Source: a phage. Taken from it: a DNA stretch of 64,000 nucleotides. Where the stretch lies: the NCBI GenBank assembly GCA_025611195.1, contig GCA_025611195.1_4718.2; one strand, 5' to 3'. Shown here piece by piece: positions 38,061 to 47,389 of this stretch. Under the pieces are notes generated by a model. The model had not been told where the DNA came from. It saw nothing but the letters and a program-made list of their open reading frames with translations, and searched no databases. Position numbers and translations under genes: made by a program. Each line of letters opens with the position of its first letter. The first letter of the stretch is position 1.

Positions 38061-38079
38061 CCACCTCCTTCTTTCCACG

Positions 38080-38111
38080 CATCCTCCCAACCCGTAAGGG
38101 AAGGGAGGATG
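38080..38111. terminator. stem-loop between convergent genes (CATCCTCCC/GGGAGGATG)
   Basis: 9-bp inverted repeat between 36966-38060 (+) and 38127-40280 (-). Confidence 0.5.
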
Positions 38112-38126
38112 GGGTGGTGGGTTATG

Positions 38127-40280
38127 TTATTCTGCAGTTTCTTGCTTCGGTAAATAACTTGCTGCGATGTCTTGGGCCAACAATGTATTGTTTTTATTCG
38201 AGATGAAAATACCGTAACTTTCCATTAACGCATAATACGAACGAACGAGCGTAGAGATCAGTCGACGAATATCCATACCTTGAATAAAGATATCAGGAAG
38301 CCCGGAGGCTTCGATCACTGGTAATGGTATCGTTAAGTTGCTTATCGTTTTCTTATCGTTACGTACAATCCAATCACGGAAACGTTGTTGTAACCCTTTA
38401 TCCTCCCAGGAATCAATCCAATCATTAAGAAGCGTTTTGTTCTTCGTCGCCAACGGTACACGAACCCCAACATAAGGTGGTTCGGGGCAATGGCCGTACG
38501 ATTGAGCAAACACTTCTTCCCACATATCGTAAGACTGTTTCGTTACCGCAACATGTGGTTTCACTTTAACACGTGTTAAGAAATCCGGATCGCCACGTTT
38601 CATTGATTCAACGATTTCGTTCTCTAGTGAGATAATATCGTCAAGAACCAATCGAATGCTGATCTTCTCATTACGTAACAGCTTATCCATTATACCACAC
38701 ATCATGCGTTCAACACGTTGGACGATTATTTTTGGTGCTGACGCATCACGCATAACAGGACCTTTCAACTCCAGCTTCGGTGGGTTGATGGGAACCCCTT
38801 CACGCATGGTCATGTATCCGTAATAGTTTTTACCCATCGAGGTTAACGACAGAATTAAGAACATATATTCGTTCTTCATTTCCATTACGTACATATGCTC
38901 TTTCGCTACACCGATATTACCAGAACACATCGCCATCAGATGAACCGTAATCTGCGTAACCAGATAGATAAGCGTGTTTGCTAAGCGCGTCGAAATCGGA
39001 TTGATCTCCATATTTCCAAATCGCCACTGAACCCACTCCTGGCAGGTAAACACCGTCGAGTCGGTATCAGACAACACACCCACTTCACGGATTGCTGACG
39101 GAAAAGCATAAACACCAGCCGGTTGGTTCTCGGTACGCCAGAACGCCTTAATTAAATCAGCGTAGCTTTGGATGCGTTGCAACATTAATTTTGTCGTTGC
39201 TGCAGTAAGACGATAACCAAGTTCATTTCCTTTTTCTAGCGCTACGTAAATCGCTTCCCCGTTCAAGAACTCCGTGCATTGTGCTGTAATCCAAGCGACC
39301 GTGTTGTTATCCATGGAAGCAATAATGGCTTTAGCCTCTTCCATCGTTTCAACAGGCTCGGATGCCAGTTCACATAACGAGTCAAGAAAATCTCGAACAA
39401 ATTCAGGATTAAGCTCACGTAACGAGTACAGGTTATTGCTGTACATGTAGCAGGCGCGTTCCAACGGCGTTAAACCGGTAATTAGCTCCCGGATGGTCAG
39501 TTCTTTCTCTGGGTCGAAAATATATCGATGCAAGCATTTCGATACGTTAGCCCAAACCTCTTCCGGTGTAGGGTAATGCAGTTTGTATTTTACCATTACC
39601 TGCTCAATGGCTTTACGATCGCTGTTACGGACAATGCTCACAATGTTTTCAATTGCGATATCGCAATCGTAATAATGGAAATTACCCGCAAGGAAGCGTT
39701 CGTTGTTCGCATTGGCTGAACCTGAAGCACAGCGACATGTTGTCGTTAAACTTGGATGCGCGATCGGATTATAAAAAGGGTTAAACTTGGATGCCTGTGT
39801 TCCTGATAAACTGTTGTTGTCTAACTTGGTGTTGGTTTGTCGTTTATCGTGTAACTCAGCTTCGTCTTTACGTCCATGGGCTTGCGCTATCGACATTTGT
39901 TTCTTTTGTTTCTTACGCAACTTACCGTTTTCAACCGCAAAGTCGCTTAGCACACTGGAACGTGTTTCACGCGGATAACAGTTAGCCCATACCGGCGTGA
40001 TAATTAAATTATTTTCTTTAATATCATTGAAGTATTGGCTGAACTTGATGACTTCTTTTTCTCGGTTTCCTTCAGTACGCTGTGTTAGTACAAGGCAGTC
40101 GGGATCAACCATCCCGTATTTTCCACCAGGACTAACCGTATCAAGAACAAACTGCAACGCTTCCCGCTGAGAAATCCCACGCATGCGCATTAAGAACAGG
40201 GTATAATCCTGTACCGCTTCTTTGGTCATATCCAACGTACGACCATATCCGTTTTCATCGTAAAAGAACGGATTTTCCAT
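38127..40280 (-). CDS. large hypothetical protein (717 aa); weak candidate RNAP beta N-terminal portion
   Basis: YGHCPEPPYVG loosely resembles beta YGRVCPIETPEGPNIG; also contains SDTDS; assignment speculative. Confidence 0.6.
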   Translation of the reverse strand: MENPFFYDENGYGRTLDMTKEAVQDYTLFLMRMRGISQREALQFVLDTVSPGGKYGMVDPDCLVLTQRTEGNREKEVIKFSQYFNDIKENNLIITPVWANCYPRETRSSVLSDFAVENGKLRKKQKKQMSIAQAHGRKDEAELHDKRQTNTKLDNNSLSGTQASKFNPFYNPIAHPSLTTTCRCASGSANANNERFLAGNFHYYDCDIAIENIVSIVRNSDRKAIEQVMVKYKLHYPTPEEVWANVSKCLHRYIFDPEKELTIRELITGLTPLERACYMYSNNLYSLRELNPEFVRDFLDSLCELASEPVETMEEAKAIIASMDNNTVAWITAQCTEFLNGEAIYVALEKGNELGYRLTAATTKLMLQRIQSYADLIKAFWRTENQPAGVYAFPSAIREVGVLSDTDSTVFTCQEWVQWRFGNMEINPISTRLANTLIYLVTQITVHLMAMCSGNIGVAKEHMYVMEMKNEYMFLILSLTSMGKNYYGYMTMREGVPINPPKLELKGPVMRDASAPKIIVQRVERMMCGIMDKLLRNEKISIRLVLDDIISLENEIVESMKRGDPDFLTRVKVKPHVAVTKQSYDMWEEVFAQSYGHCPEPPYVGVRVPLATKNKTLLNDWIDSWEDKGLQQRFRDWIVRNDKKTISNLTIPLPVIEASGLPDIFIQGMDIRRLISTLVRSYYALMESYGIFISNKNNTLLAQDIAASYLPKQETAE

Positions 40281-40347
40281 AAATCCTCCAAAAGTTATTT
40301 AGTCTGTCTACATCATCTCGTATATCTGTTAAAAAAGAAGGACGGCA

Positions 40348-40371
40348 TAAAAAGAACCGATCCAGCCGAAG
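40348..40371 (-). terminator. intrinsic terminator-like hairpin with minus-strand U-tract
   Basis: Minus strand CCGATCTGGCTTCGGCTGGATCGG followed by TTCTTTTTAT, downstream of 40577-40990. Confidence 0.5.
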
Positions 40372-40576
40372 CCAGATCGGTTTAAAGGATAATAACTGAC
40401 AGAAAGATATCGATGATGTTCGTGAAACAAGATCTTCTCTCGTGTACAATGATGCCAGATCAGAGGGAGGTTGTAACACGAGAGGTGGTTCGCCAAAGAA
40501 GGAATAAAAACACGAACCTATCTTATTTCACTGATGGCACTAACCACTCAAAATATATAGTACTGTATGTAAAAGT

Positions 40577-40990
40577 TTACTGATTAATCAAGTCGTTAGC
40601 AACAATCTTGGTGTAACCTGCCTGATTAAGAATTTGATTAATTTTTGTCATGTCGGTTGCATCCTCGATAACGATGCTGGGTTTATAGATCAGCGTCTTG
40701 GTAACAACGATTGTACTCTCCTTAATCCAAGGAATCCCTAAAATTACATACTCGCCATCAGCTGTGATGACCTCGACGTAATTGTACTTCGTCGGATCGT
40801 TCGGTACACTCGACGGGAGCCGGGAATAAATCTGTTGGTGAATGGCGTCCACATCACGGCCGTTACGTACAGCGGTACGATAATTGTACACCGCGCTAAT
40901 TTCTACTCCGTTGAAGTTAACCCCAAGTTCTGGGGCGTACACATCAAAACTCACAACAGAGCCAATCTTTTCTAAATCAGAAGCTGGCAT
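40577..40990 (-). CDS. hypothetical protein (137 aa)
   Basis: ORF track; followed by terminator hairpin 40348-40371. Confidence 0.55.
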   Translation of the reverse strand: MPASDLEKIGSVVSFDVYAPELGVNFNGVEISAVYNYRTAVRNGRDVDAIHQQIYSRLPSSVPNDPTKYNYVEVITADGEYVILGIPWIKESTIVVTKTLIYKPSIVIEDATDMTKINQILNQAGYTKIVANDLINQ

Positions 40991-41001
40991 AATAGCATCC
41001 T

Positions 41002-41523
41002 TTATTTAAAAATGTATTCATACCCGAAAGTCGTCGCCGACCAGACCCGGATAGATGATAGTGTTCCACCACGATAAAACGTTTTTGTGAACTCCATATC
41101 CTGGACAACACGATAATAAACACGTCCGATAATACGCACGATAAGATATCGTGATAACGATCTCTCCTCGCAGTACTCATCGATAAAGTCATCGTCGATA
41201 TCTGATAAGACAACGTCTGCGATTTCTTGCAGTAGATTCCTCATCAGCATCTGCCTTCCTTCGGTACCCCACCCAGACAAACAGTAGTCGTCTTCTGCTT
41301 GACTATAGATGTCGTTAACCGCCTGTTCGAGCAGTTGCTCAAGATAGTAGTCATCGCGCTTTATAACGTGGCGACGGCGCTCAGAGGCGTATTTTTCCAT
41401 CCTGTGTTTCTCTTGTTCGGCGTATGTATTAACGACGCCACAGTCTTTTCTGGATCGTCCCACAATGCGCGACGAAAACTGGATACTACCATAACGGTAG
41501 GATAGATTTGTACGACCTCCCAC
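41002..41523 (-). CDS. hypothetical protein (start uncertain, possibly 41400)
   Basis: ORF track; overlaps upstream ORF by about 160 nt unless an internal start is used. Confidence 0.4.
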   Translation of the reverse strand: MGGRTNLSYRYGSIQFSSRIVGRSRKDCGVVNTYAEQEKHRMEKYASERRRHVIKRDDYYLEQLLEQAVNDIYSQAEDDYCLSGWGTEGRQMLMRNLLQEIADVVLSDIDDDFIDEYCEERSLSRYLIVRIIGRVYYRVVQDMEFTKTFYRGGTLSSIRVWSATTFGYEYIFK

Positions 41524-41849
41524 CCGTAACGATGTGTGTTAGTCGTACGTCCGACATTGAACAGACATAACTGATTTAAGAAACAGAGCTGTATCTTTGT
41601 AAACAACACTGTGTCTTCACGTTTAACGTATCCGAGGATATAGGCATTCTCGAACGCCTCGCGTGACAAGACGGGGCGATTAAGGTACCGCAACGCTAAT
41701 ACCAGCAACGTTGTTATACGCAACGGATCTTCTGGGTCATTCATGGTGCTCAGCTCTGCTTGTAACCAGTCGGGGATAGTAACCGTCAGACGATAGGTAT
41801 CTGTTCCACGATCAACCACATTCAACGTTGAAAAAGGCAACATATCCAT
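41361..41849 (-). CDS. hypothetical protein (162 aa)
   Basis: ORF track; part of a chain of overlapping minus-strand ORFs. Confidence 0.45.
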   Translation of the reverse strand: MDMLPFSTLNVVDRGTDTYRLTVTIPDWLQAELSTMNDPEDPLRITTLLVLALRYLNRPVLSREAFENAYILGYVKREDTVLFTKIQLCFLNQLCLFNVGRTTNTHRYGWEVVQIYPTVMVVSSFRRALWDDPEKTVASLIHTPNKRNTGWKNTPLSAVATL

Positions 41850-42387
41850 GAATTCCTTCTATCTCGAGGTTGTTCTCGCAGGTCTTGGGTAATAACCCAC
41901 TGGCCGTTAACATCTGTGTCATCGAGTAATCAAAGCACGGAAATATAAGGTTAACGGTTTCCTGGATCGCGTCAACATAACTATAAATGGCTTCATAATA
42001 CTCACCATCATGATCTACGCTAACCAGTTCCTGACACAGTTCTTCGCTTATCATTTCATATACCGGCGGATACCACGATTGAAATGGTCGCTGCATACGT
42101 AACGACCAGTACTCGTACGTCGTATACTGAAGCACGTCATAAGCCGATACGTTAATGCGGTCGAAGAAAGCATACTTGTCCATATGCTGATACAACATCG
42201 CCAGTACGGTTTCCAAGCACACCGATATCCGCACGCCACCATCTTTCCCGTTAAGAAAATTAGGTTTCTGCCGATAACGCACAAATGCCGACGGCTTTGA
42301 TTGTATTATTCCACCACCAACCATAACGTCATACTCGTATCTAACGTAAAATTGAAATGCCACCAATCTTCTACACGTGGGATCCAC
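41812..42387 (-). CDS. hypothetical protein (start possibly 42324)
   Basis: ORF track; part of overlapping chain. Confidence 0.45.
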   Translation of the reverse strand: MDPTCRRLVAFQFYVRYEYDVMVGGGIIQSKPSAFVRYRQKPNFLNGKDGGVRISVCLETVLAMLYQHMDKYAFFDRINVSAYDVLQYTTYEYWSLRMQRPFQSWYPPVYEMISEELCQELVSVDHDGEYYEAIYSYVDAIQETVNLIFPCFDYSMTQMLTASGLLPKTCENNLEIEGIHGYVAFFNVECG

Positions 42388-42791
42388 GTACGAAGAATCT
42401 GGTTAACTTCGCTTCGCATCACCGATAAACGACAACGAAAGTCGAACTTCTCATCATGACCGTAGTCTTCATGCATGAAAACTTCGTCCAAAACGAACTC
42501 AAGTTGCGTGTCTACATCACGACCGGAGATATTTCGTTTGTACAGATACAGTTCAATCGTGTCATAAAGCAACGTATGAATATCATAATTTCCGTTCGGC
42601 GAGAAATAAGGTAATCGCTCATCGAACATCGAAAACAGATATTCACTGTAGTTTAATAACGGGATGATGTACCGACGTCCGGTCTGTGGTGTGCGAATAT
42701 GTATCGAAACCTGACTTGGACGCGGAATAGCCGACGGCTTAGAATCGTCTCTCTGAAATTGCTCTAAAGATCGCAACAAAGGTGGCCGCAT
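42306..42791 (-). CDS. hypothetical protein (161 aa)
   Basis: ATG start confirmed at 42791; overlaps upstream ORF by 53 nt. Confidence 0.45.
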   Translation of the reverse strand: MRPPLLRSLEQFQRDDSKPSAIPRPSQVSIHIRTPQTGRRYIIPLLNYSEYLFSMFDERLPYFSPNGNYDIHTLLYDTIELYLYKRNISGRDVDTQLEFVLDEVFMHEDYGHDEKFDFRCRLSVMRSEVNQILRTWIPRVEDWWHFNFTLDTSMTLWLVVE

Positions 42792-43368
42792 TGTAACTCT
42801 CCAACGCCCAATTGTAAGGCCCTTCTAACATGTGTTCCCATACGTGAATAAACTCACTACCGAAGACAGGCTCCAGCGCCATGGTGAGATTCGTAAGTTC
42901 TGACGCGGCCGCATGGTAAGCATCAACGTGTCTTTCCATTGACGGATCGTCTTCATTGAAAATACGTTCTGTGTCGCCAGCCCGTTCAATAAGTTCGGTA
43001 ATGAGATCTGTCCATGTTTCGTGGCACGTCATCATTTCCTGTTCTCGACTTAGTATTCCGATGTCTGCGTGTACGCTGGACTCGAACCGGTCGAAAAGGA
43101 CCCGAAGAACATGCACCTTGTCGATGTATCTCACCGTTATCCAAGAAAGCGGTTGCCATCGACTCAGCGTCCATCCGGTACTCGGGAACCCCAAACTCAT
43201 ATAGTACGGGTTGCACGGGACCGAAGACGGAGCGACGCTGTTTAAATCGTTCCTTAATGGCAATGCCCTGTTTAATGTAAATGGGTTCATTGGCGAGTCG
43301 TTTCGCTTTTTGTTTTGCGTGAGCCAATCGAAGTTCTTCCAATTGCCCAAGCCATTCAAATTGTTCAT
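42739..43368 (-). CDS. hypothetical protein (start uncertain)
   Basis: ORF track; N-terminal 126 codons overlap the preceding ORF in another frame. Confidence 0.4.
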   Translation of the reverse strand: MNNLNGLGNWKNFDWLTQNKKRNDSPMNPFTLNRALPLRNDLNSVAPSSVPCNPYYMSLGFPSTGWTLSRWQPLSWITVRYIDKVHVLRVLFDRFESSVHADIGILSREQEMMTCHETWTDLITELIERAGDTERIFNEDDPSMERHVDAYHAAASELTNLTMALEPVFGSEFIHVWEHMLEGPYNWALESYNAATFVAIFRAISERRF

Positions 43369-43963
43369 CTGTTAGCTCCTGGGGACGTTCAACAATCGCG
43401 CCAGACGGGCAGACATTGATCGTGATGTTAATTGATGGCATCGCCATCACTTGAGGGTTGCTATTACGTACGCGGACAACATGTTCGGTTGCTGATTTAC
43501 GATCAACGCAATACTCTGTTTCTTGGAACTCAAATGCTTTTAACGGCGTTGGTTTTGTTTGACGTTTCTTAACACGACCAAGATCAACAATATAGGCATA
43601 ATCACAAACACGTTCTATTCCGTAAATACGGTTATCCGACCAGTTCTTACCAAACAGCTTGTTGTGATGATAAGACAAATATTCGGTTACCATACCCTGA
43701 ACAACATCGAAGTCTTCTCGAAAATCAGGTTGATACCAAATCGGACCGAGAATATCTGCGAACGATTCATGACGATATCGAGGATCATGTCGAGTCCAGG
43801 GCATTCTCTGATTAAGATCGAAATCCACCAACAATTCCGTTAATTGCAGTTTTTCCTTCGGAGAAAGCTGGCGTTGATGATGCAAACTCAAGCAATCGAT
43901 AAGTGGTAATGAAACCCACGATGCTAATGTGTACAAATCGATCCTGGCTAGTCTCTTGGTCAT
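42986..43963 (-). CDS. hypothetical protein (325 aa)
   Basis: ORF track; Arg-rich C-terminal 40 aa looks atypical, possible frameshift into next ORF. Confidence 0.45.
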   Translation of the reverse strand: MTKRLARIDLYTLASWVSLPLIDCLSLHHQRQLSPKEKLQLTELLVDFDLNQRMPWTRHDPRYRHESFADILGPIWYQPDFREDFDVVQGMVTEYLSYHHNKLFGKNWSDNRIYGIERVCDYAYIVDLGRVKKRQTKPTPLKAFEFQETEYCVDRKSATEHVVRVRNSNPQVMAMPSINITINVCPSGAIVERPQELTDEQFEWLGQLEELRLAHAKQKAKRLANEPIYIKQGIAIKERFKQRRSVFGPVQPVLYEFGVPEYRMDAESMATAFLDNGEIHRQGACSSGPFRPVRVQRTRRHRNTKSRTGNDDVPRNMDRSHYRTY

Positions 43964-44054
43964 ACTCTTTTCCTAAGTCCCCATTGTTTATACACACGAT
44001 ATCTGGGAATAGTTAAAATATACGGCGTAAAACGAAATAGGAGAGTTTCTGGCA

Positions 44055-44375
44055 TCATTTTCTCCCTCTTCGAATACCACCGATACCTCTTCGATCCAAG
44101 ACGTCCCAAGCACGCTTTATTTCCTCCTCCGTCGCTCTGGTATCTGGAGGAACAACCATAACACAATCGTGCAACGGCCAATGCGCGGGTCTGGGGTCAG
44201 CGAACAGATTATCCCATTCAAGCGTCCATTCTTTCTTTGAACGATTATAGTAGAGCGTAAGATACGTGTTGGTATATGCTGGGTAACCACGCATAACTTC
44301 AATATTCTTACGATCCTGGCGTTCCTGATTCCAGTCGTTAAATCGTTTTCTTATTTTATCCCACCACTCTCCCAT
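44055..44375 (-). CDS. hypothetical protein (106 aa)
   Basis: ATG at 44375 with AGGAGAAA RBS; the longer track ORF would read across hairpin 44398-44419. Confidence 0.5.
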   Translation of the reverse strand: MGEWWDKIRKRFNDWNQERQDRKNIEVMRGYPAYTNTYLTLYYNRSKKEWTLEWDNLFADPRPAHWPLHDCVMVVPPDTRATEEEIKRAWDVLDRRGIGGIRRGRK

Positions 44376-44397
44376 GCTTTCTCCTACGCGGCATAAA

Positions 44398-44419
44398 AGC
44401 CTGCCCCGAAGGACAGGCT
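44398..44419 (-). terminator. stem-loop AGCCTG/CAGGCT
   Basis: Inverted repeat between the zinc-ribbon gene and 44055-44375. Confidence 0.4.
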
Positions 44420-44428
44420 CGATAGAAC

Positions 44429-44629
44429 TTAATAACCATCCAATTTCAATGAAGGATGGTTGACGATATGTGCGTGTTTTGCTGGGTCGTATGGCTGATA
44501 TGGAAAATAGCCATGCCACTGACGACCTTGGCATTTCGTACACAAGAACCGACCATCGCCACGCTGATTCTCGTAAGCGAGTTCAGTACTATCAACATGA
44601 CCGCAACGTTCGCAGATAAACAGCGACAT
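44429..44629 (-). CDS. small zinc-ribbon protein (66 aa)
   Basis: CERCGH..CTKCQG two CxxC pairs. Confidence 0.5.
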   Translation of the reverse strand: MSLFICERCGHVDSTELAYENQRGDGRFLCTKCQGRQWHGYFPYQPYDPAKHAHIVNHPSLKLDGY

Positions 44630-44666
44630 AGCGCATCTCCATTCACTTGAACTTTTTGGTTCGGTG

Positions 44667-45647
44667 TTAGAAAAGCAAGAAACCGCTGTTCTTCGCTTCC
44701 GCTACAGTTTCGTCACCAACTTTCGGTGCCTGTTGACGCGCGTTACGATGTTCGATGTAACGTTTCGCTTCGTCAGCGATTTGTTTGATAATACCCCCTA
44801 AACGATCGGTACTTAAAACAAACGACGTCGCTTCACGAATCGGGCTGCTTTCAGGCACAAAACCATCACAGCTGTAAATAGCGTTAACACCCATGACTTT
44901 AGTCGCGTCTTTCGGATAAAGCGTACAGAAAGCAATAGGACTATCGTTCTCTTTCGTCCAATCGTATCCCATGAACGTATTCAGTTCGGTGATCGTTGGT
45001 TCCAAACCGGTAACACGCGGATGGTTTAAGAAGTTTTCCAGGTCGGCGCTGTCAAGACGACGGTTCTCGCCAGAAAACAGAACACAAAGCTGGCTAATAA
45101 CAACCTGCACGTCCAGGTTGACATCCTGCTCCGATTTCCCATTTTCGCCATTCATGTGATAGCTAACAATCACCGGACGTTTCAATCCTTCTGCAGCTGC
45201 CATCAGTCCTTTAAAGGTACGATCGGCGTTGATCGTTTGACGCTCATCATCGAACGAGGCAACGATGCAACACACCACACGTTCACCGCGTTCCAGCAGG
45301 TTAGCAACCAGCGCAGGACCTGCAACAGAACCTGAACCACCGCTCAGACTAAAGACCACGATATTAAATTTACCTGGTGTATGCTTATTCAGAATACCTG
45401 GGATTTGTGAACAGATCAGTTCAGCGTTCTCATCACGCTTCTTACCAGAACCGTCTAACTCACGACCCGCCGCATCTTTAAAGATGTAGATATGATCGTC
45501 GTCCAGTGCGCTATCGCGTAGGTTAGCCCGGCTGGTATCAACATACGTCATGCTGTGTAATCCTTTCGCGACTTCGCCTTCAAACGCTGAGCCGATTTCG
45601 CCACCACAACCACCAACAGCCCAAATATGTACTTGGTTCTCTTGCAT
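44667..45647 (-). CDS. phuZ: tubulin/FtsZ-like GTPase (PhuZ-like)
   Basis: N-terminal IWAVGGCGGEIG glycine loop and SLSGGSGSVAGP (cf tubulin/FtsZ GGGTGSG signature); AGGAG RBS. Confidence 0.55.
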   Translation of the reverse strand: MQENQVHIWAVGGCGGEIGSAFEGEVAKGLHSMTYVDTSRANLRDSALDDDHIYIFKDAAGRELDGSGKKRDENAELICSQIPGILNKHTPGKFNIVVFSLSGGSGSVAGPALVANLLERGERVVCCIVASFDDERQTINADRTFKGLMAAAEGLKRPVIVSYHMNGENGKSEQDVNLDVQVVISQLCVLFSGENRRLDSADLENFLNHPRVTGLEPTITELNTFMGYDWTKENDSPIAFCTLYPKDATKVMGVNAIYSCDGFVPESSPIREATSFVLSTDRLGGIIKQIADEAKRYIEHRNARQQAPKVGDETVAEAKNSGFLLF

Positions 45648-45711
45648 GTGAACTCCTAATTTAATATGTATTTAACGTACAATGAATCTTTCTTTGCTAA
45701 AGGGGTGACCC

Positions 45712-46554
45712 ATGGGTGCTATTGACCACAGTGTAGATCGTATCTGTCGTACAATACCGGCAGATATCCTACAGTATTGCTATATCGATCGTTACGACTG
45801 GCGTAATCGCTATCCTCGTTCCGTAGAAGACATCATTACCGATTGGGTAATCCGTAAACGGGTTATCGGCGACATCGATATCTACGGGGGACTACAAACC
45901 GTTATTCCCCTTGATGATGCAGGTGTCACTATCGAAGAAGTCACCATTAACTGTTATGTTTTCCACATTCCGTTGGAAGCCACGCAGGGGCGTTATATCA
46001 CGTCCGCATTATCCATTATTTCAGGGAGCGTGAACAACTACGGAATAAACTATAACGGGCAATGGGGTGCTTTCAACCAAACCCAGTTTCAACGTCAGCT
46101 TTGTGGATGGAACCCCGCAAGCAACGCGTTACAGCAAGGGATGAACGCTTTCGGTCCTATGAACGTTCTTAGTACAGCTAACGTTGATATCATCGCCCCT
46201 AACACCATCATGGTGAACAACGTCACGCCTGTACAATTTCCCCTGAGTCTACGTTGTTTCCTTGCCCACGATCCGGAACTTACTAACCTCAGCATGGAGG
46301 TTTGGAACGACTTCTACAAACTCTGTTTATATGCCACGCAAAGTGACATCTACAACAGAACCGTTATCCGTCTCGATAGAGGTGTTACAGCACAAGGACA
46401 AGAAGTCGGTGCATTCAAGGAATACATCGATCGCTTTGCTGATGCTGAAAACACATATCAGGAATTCCTGAACGAAACGTGGGCAGGCGTTGCTGCGTGG
46501 AACGATCCGCAAACTAAACGTCGCGCCATTCGACTACAAACCGGCTACTTCTGA
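45712..46554 (+). CDS. hypothetical protein (280 aa)
   Basis: ATG with AAAGGGG RBS; hairpin 46566-46592 downstream. Confidence 0.6.
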   Translation: MGAIDHSVDRICRTIPADILQYCYIDRYDWRNRYPRSVEDIITDWVIRKRVIGDIDIYGGLQTVIPLDDAGVTIEEVTINCYVFHIPLEATQGRYITSALSIISGSVNNYGINYNGQWGAFNQTQFQRQLCGWNPASNALQQGMNAFGPMNVLSTANVDIIAPNTIMVNNVTPVQFPLSLRCFLAHDPELTNLSMEVWNDFYKLCLYATQSDIYNRTVIRLDRGVTAQGQEVGAFKEYIDRFADAENTYQEFLNETWAGVAAWNDPQTKRRAIRLQTGYF

Positions 46555-47081
46555 TTAACGACAGCTTCCTCCCTCGGTGTTTTCGAGGGAGGTATTTGCC
46601 GTTTGAACACTTTCAACACGTTCGCAAAATCAGCGGCAATAATACAGGCCGAGGTTGATAGCTTATTGCTGAAAATGAGATCGTCCGGTAAACAATCGAA
46701 CTGAATACCATATTGCGTCTTTGTCTCATCAACGATCAGTGACGGTGTCGATCCTGTCTTCGCAATATCGGTGATGTACAAACGTAAAAATAATTCACCA
46801 TCTTCGCTATCGATAAAACGATAAGCGTTACCGGAAAACGCAGCATACGGCGTAACGATAAATTGAACACGATCGTCGGTCGGGTGGATTTGTAACCAAC
46901 GTGCGATATCACCGTTACTCACATTTTGCATACGTAACACCGTGAATGCGAACAGTGTATCGTGATGCTTGGAATAATGCAGCACATACGCCGCATCTTT
47001 CTTTCTGTGAATCCCTTCAATGTATTCTATTGTCGTGTAGCCTGATTTATATAGCTTTACTTGCGGTTTATCACTCATCAT
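46545..47081 (-). CDS. hypothetical protein (178 aa)
   Basis: ATGATGA start/stop overlap with upstream gene at 47078-47081. Confidence 0.5.
   Translation of the reverse strand: MMSDKPQVKLYKSGYTTIEYIEGIHRKKDAAYVLHYSKHHDTLFAFTVLRMQNVSNGDIARWLQIHPTDDRVQFIVTPYAAFSGNAYRFIDSEDGELFLRLYITDIAKTGSTPSLIVDETKTQYGIQFDCLPDDLIFSNKLSTSACIIAADFANVLKVFKRQIPPSKTPREEAVVNQK
46566..46592. terminator. stem-loop CCTCCCTCG/CGAGGGAGG
   Basis: 9-bp inverted repeat at the convergent junction of 45712-46554 (+) and 46545-47081 (-). Confidence 0.45.
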
Positions 47082-47377
47082 AACAACCCTTCCCGTTTCA
47101 TCGCGGCACGCATGCTTGCGTAAAGCGCATTCTTCATTGCCCCTGGACGCAACGGATAACAAATCTCATACCGACGTCCTTGTTTTACAGCAATTTTCCT
47201 TCCGTTCAAAAACAGTGTACCATTATCCAGCAGCAACTCACCTTGTAGTACCATGAGTCCTGCTTTAACATGACATCCTTCTTCTTTAGTTAAGACCTTA
47301 TAGCCGTGTTTATCCAATAACCACAATTCGTAGATACCATGCGCAGCCTTCGGCATTACTTTCTTCTTCGTCGTCAT
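47078..47377 (-). CDS. hypothetical protein (99 aa)
   Basis: ORF track. Confidence 0.5.
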   Translation of the reverse strand: MTTKKKVMPKAAHGIYELWLLDKHGYKVLTKEEGCHVKAGLMVLQGELLLDNGTLFLNGRKIAVKQGRRYEICYPLRPGAMKNALYASMRAAMKREGLL

Positions 47378-47389
47378 GGAAGATCCTCC

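Noticed and set aside
38127-40280. DNA polymerase assignment for the 717-aa protein based on SDTDS and GKNYYGY
   Set aside because: The motif order (DTDS before K..YG) is wrong for family B polymerases and no exonuclease motifs were seen; a weak RNAP beta N-terminal resemblance seems more likely, but both are unproven.
40255-40479. 74-aa minus-strand ORF in the 40281-40576 intergenic region
   Set aside because: It reads across the terminator hairpin at 40348-40371, overlaps the start of the 717-aa gene and has no RBS.
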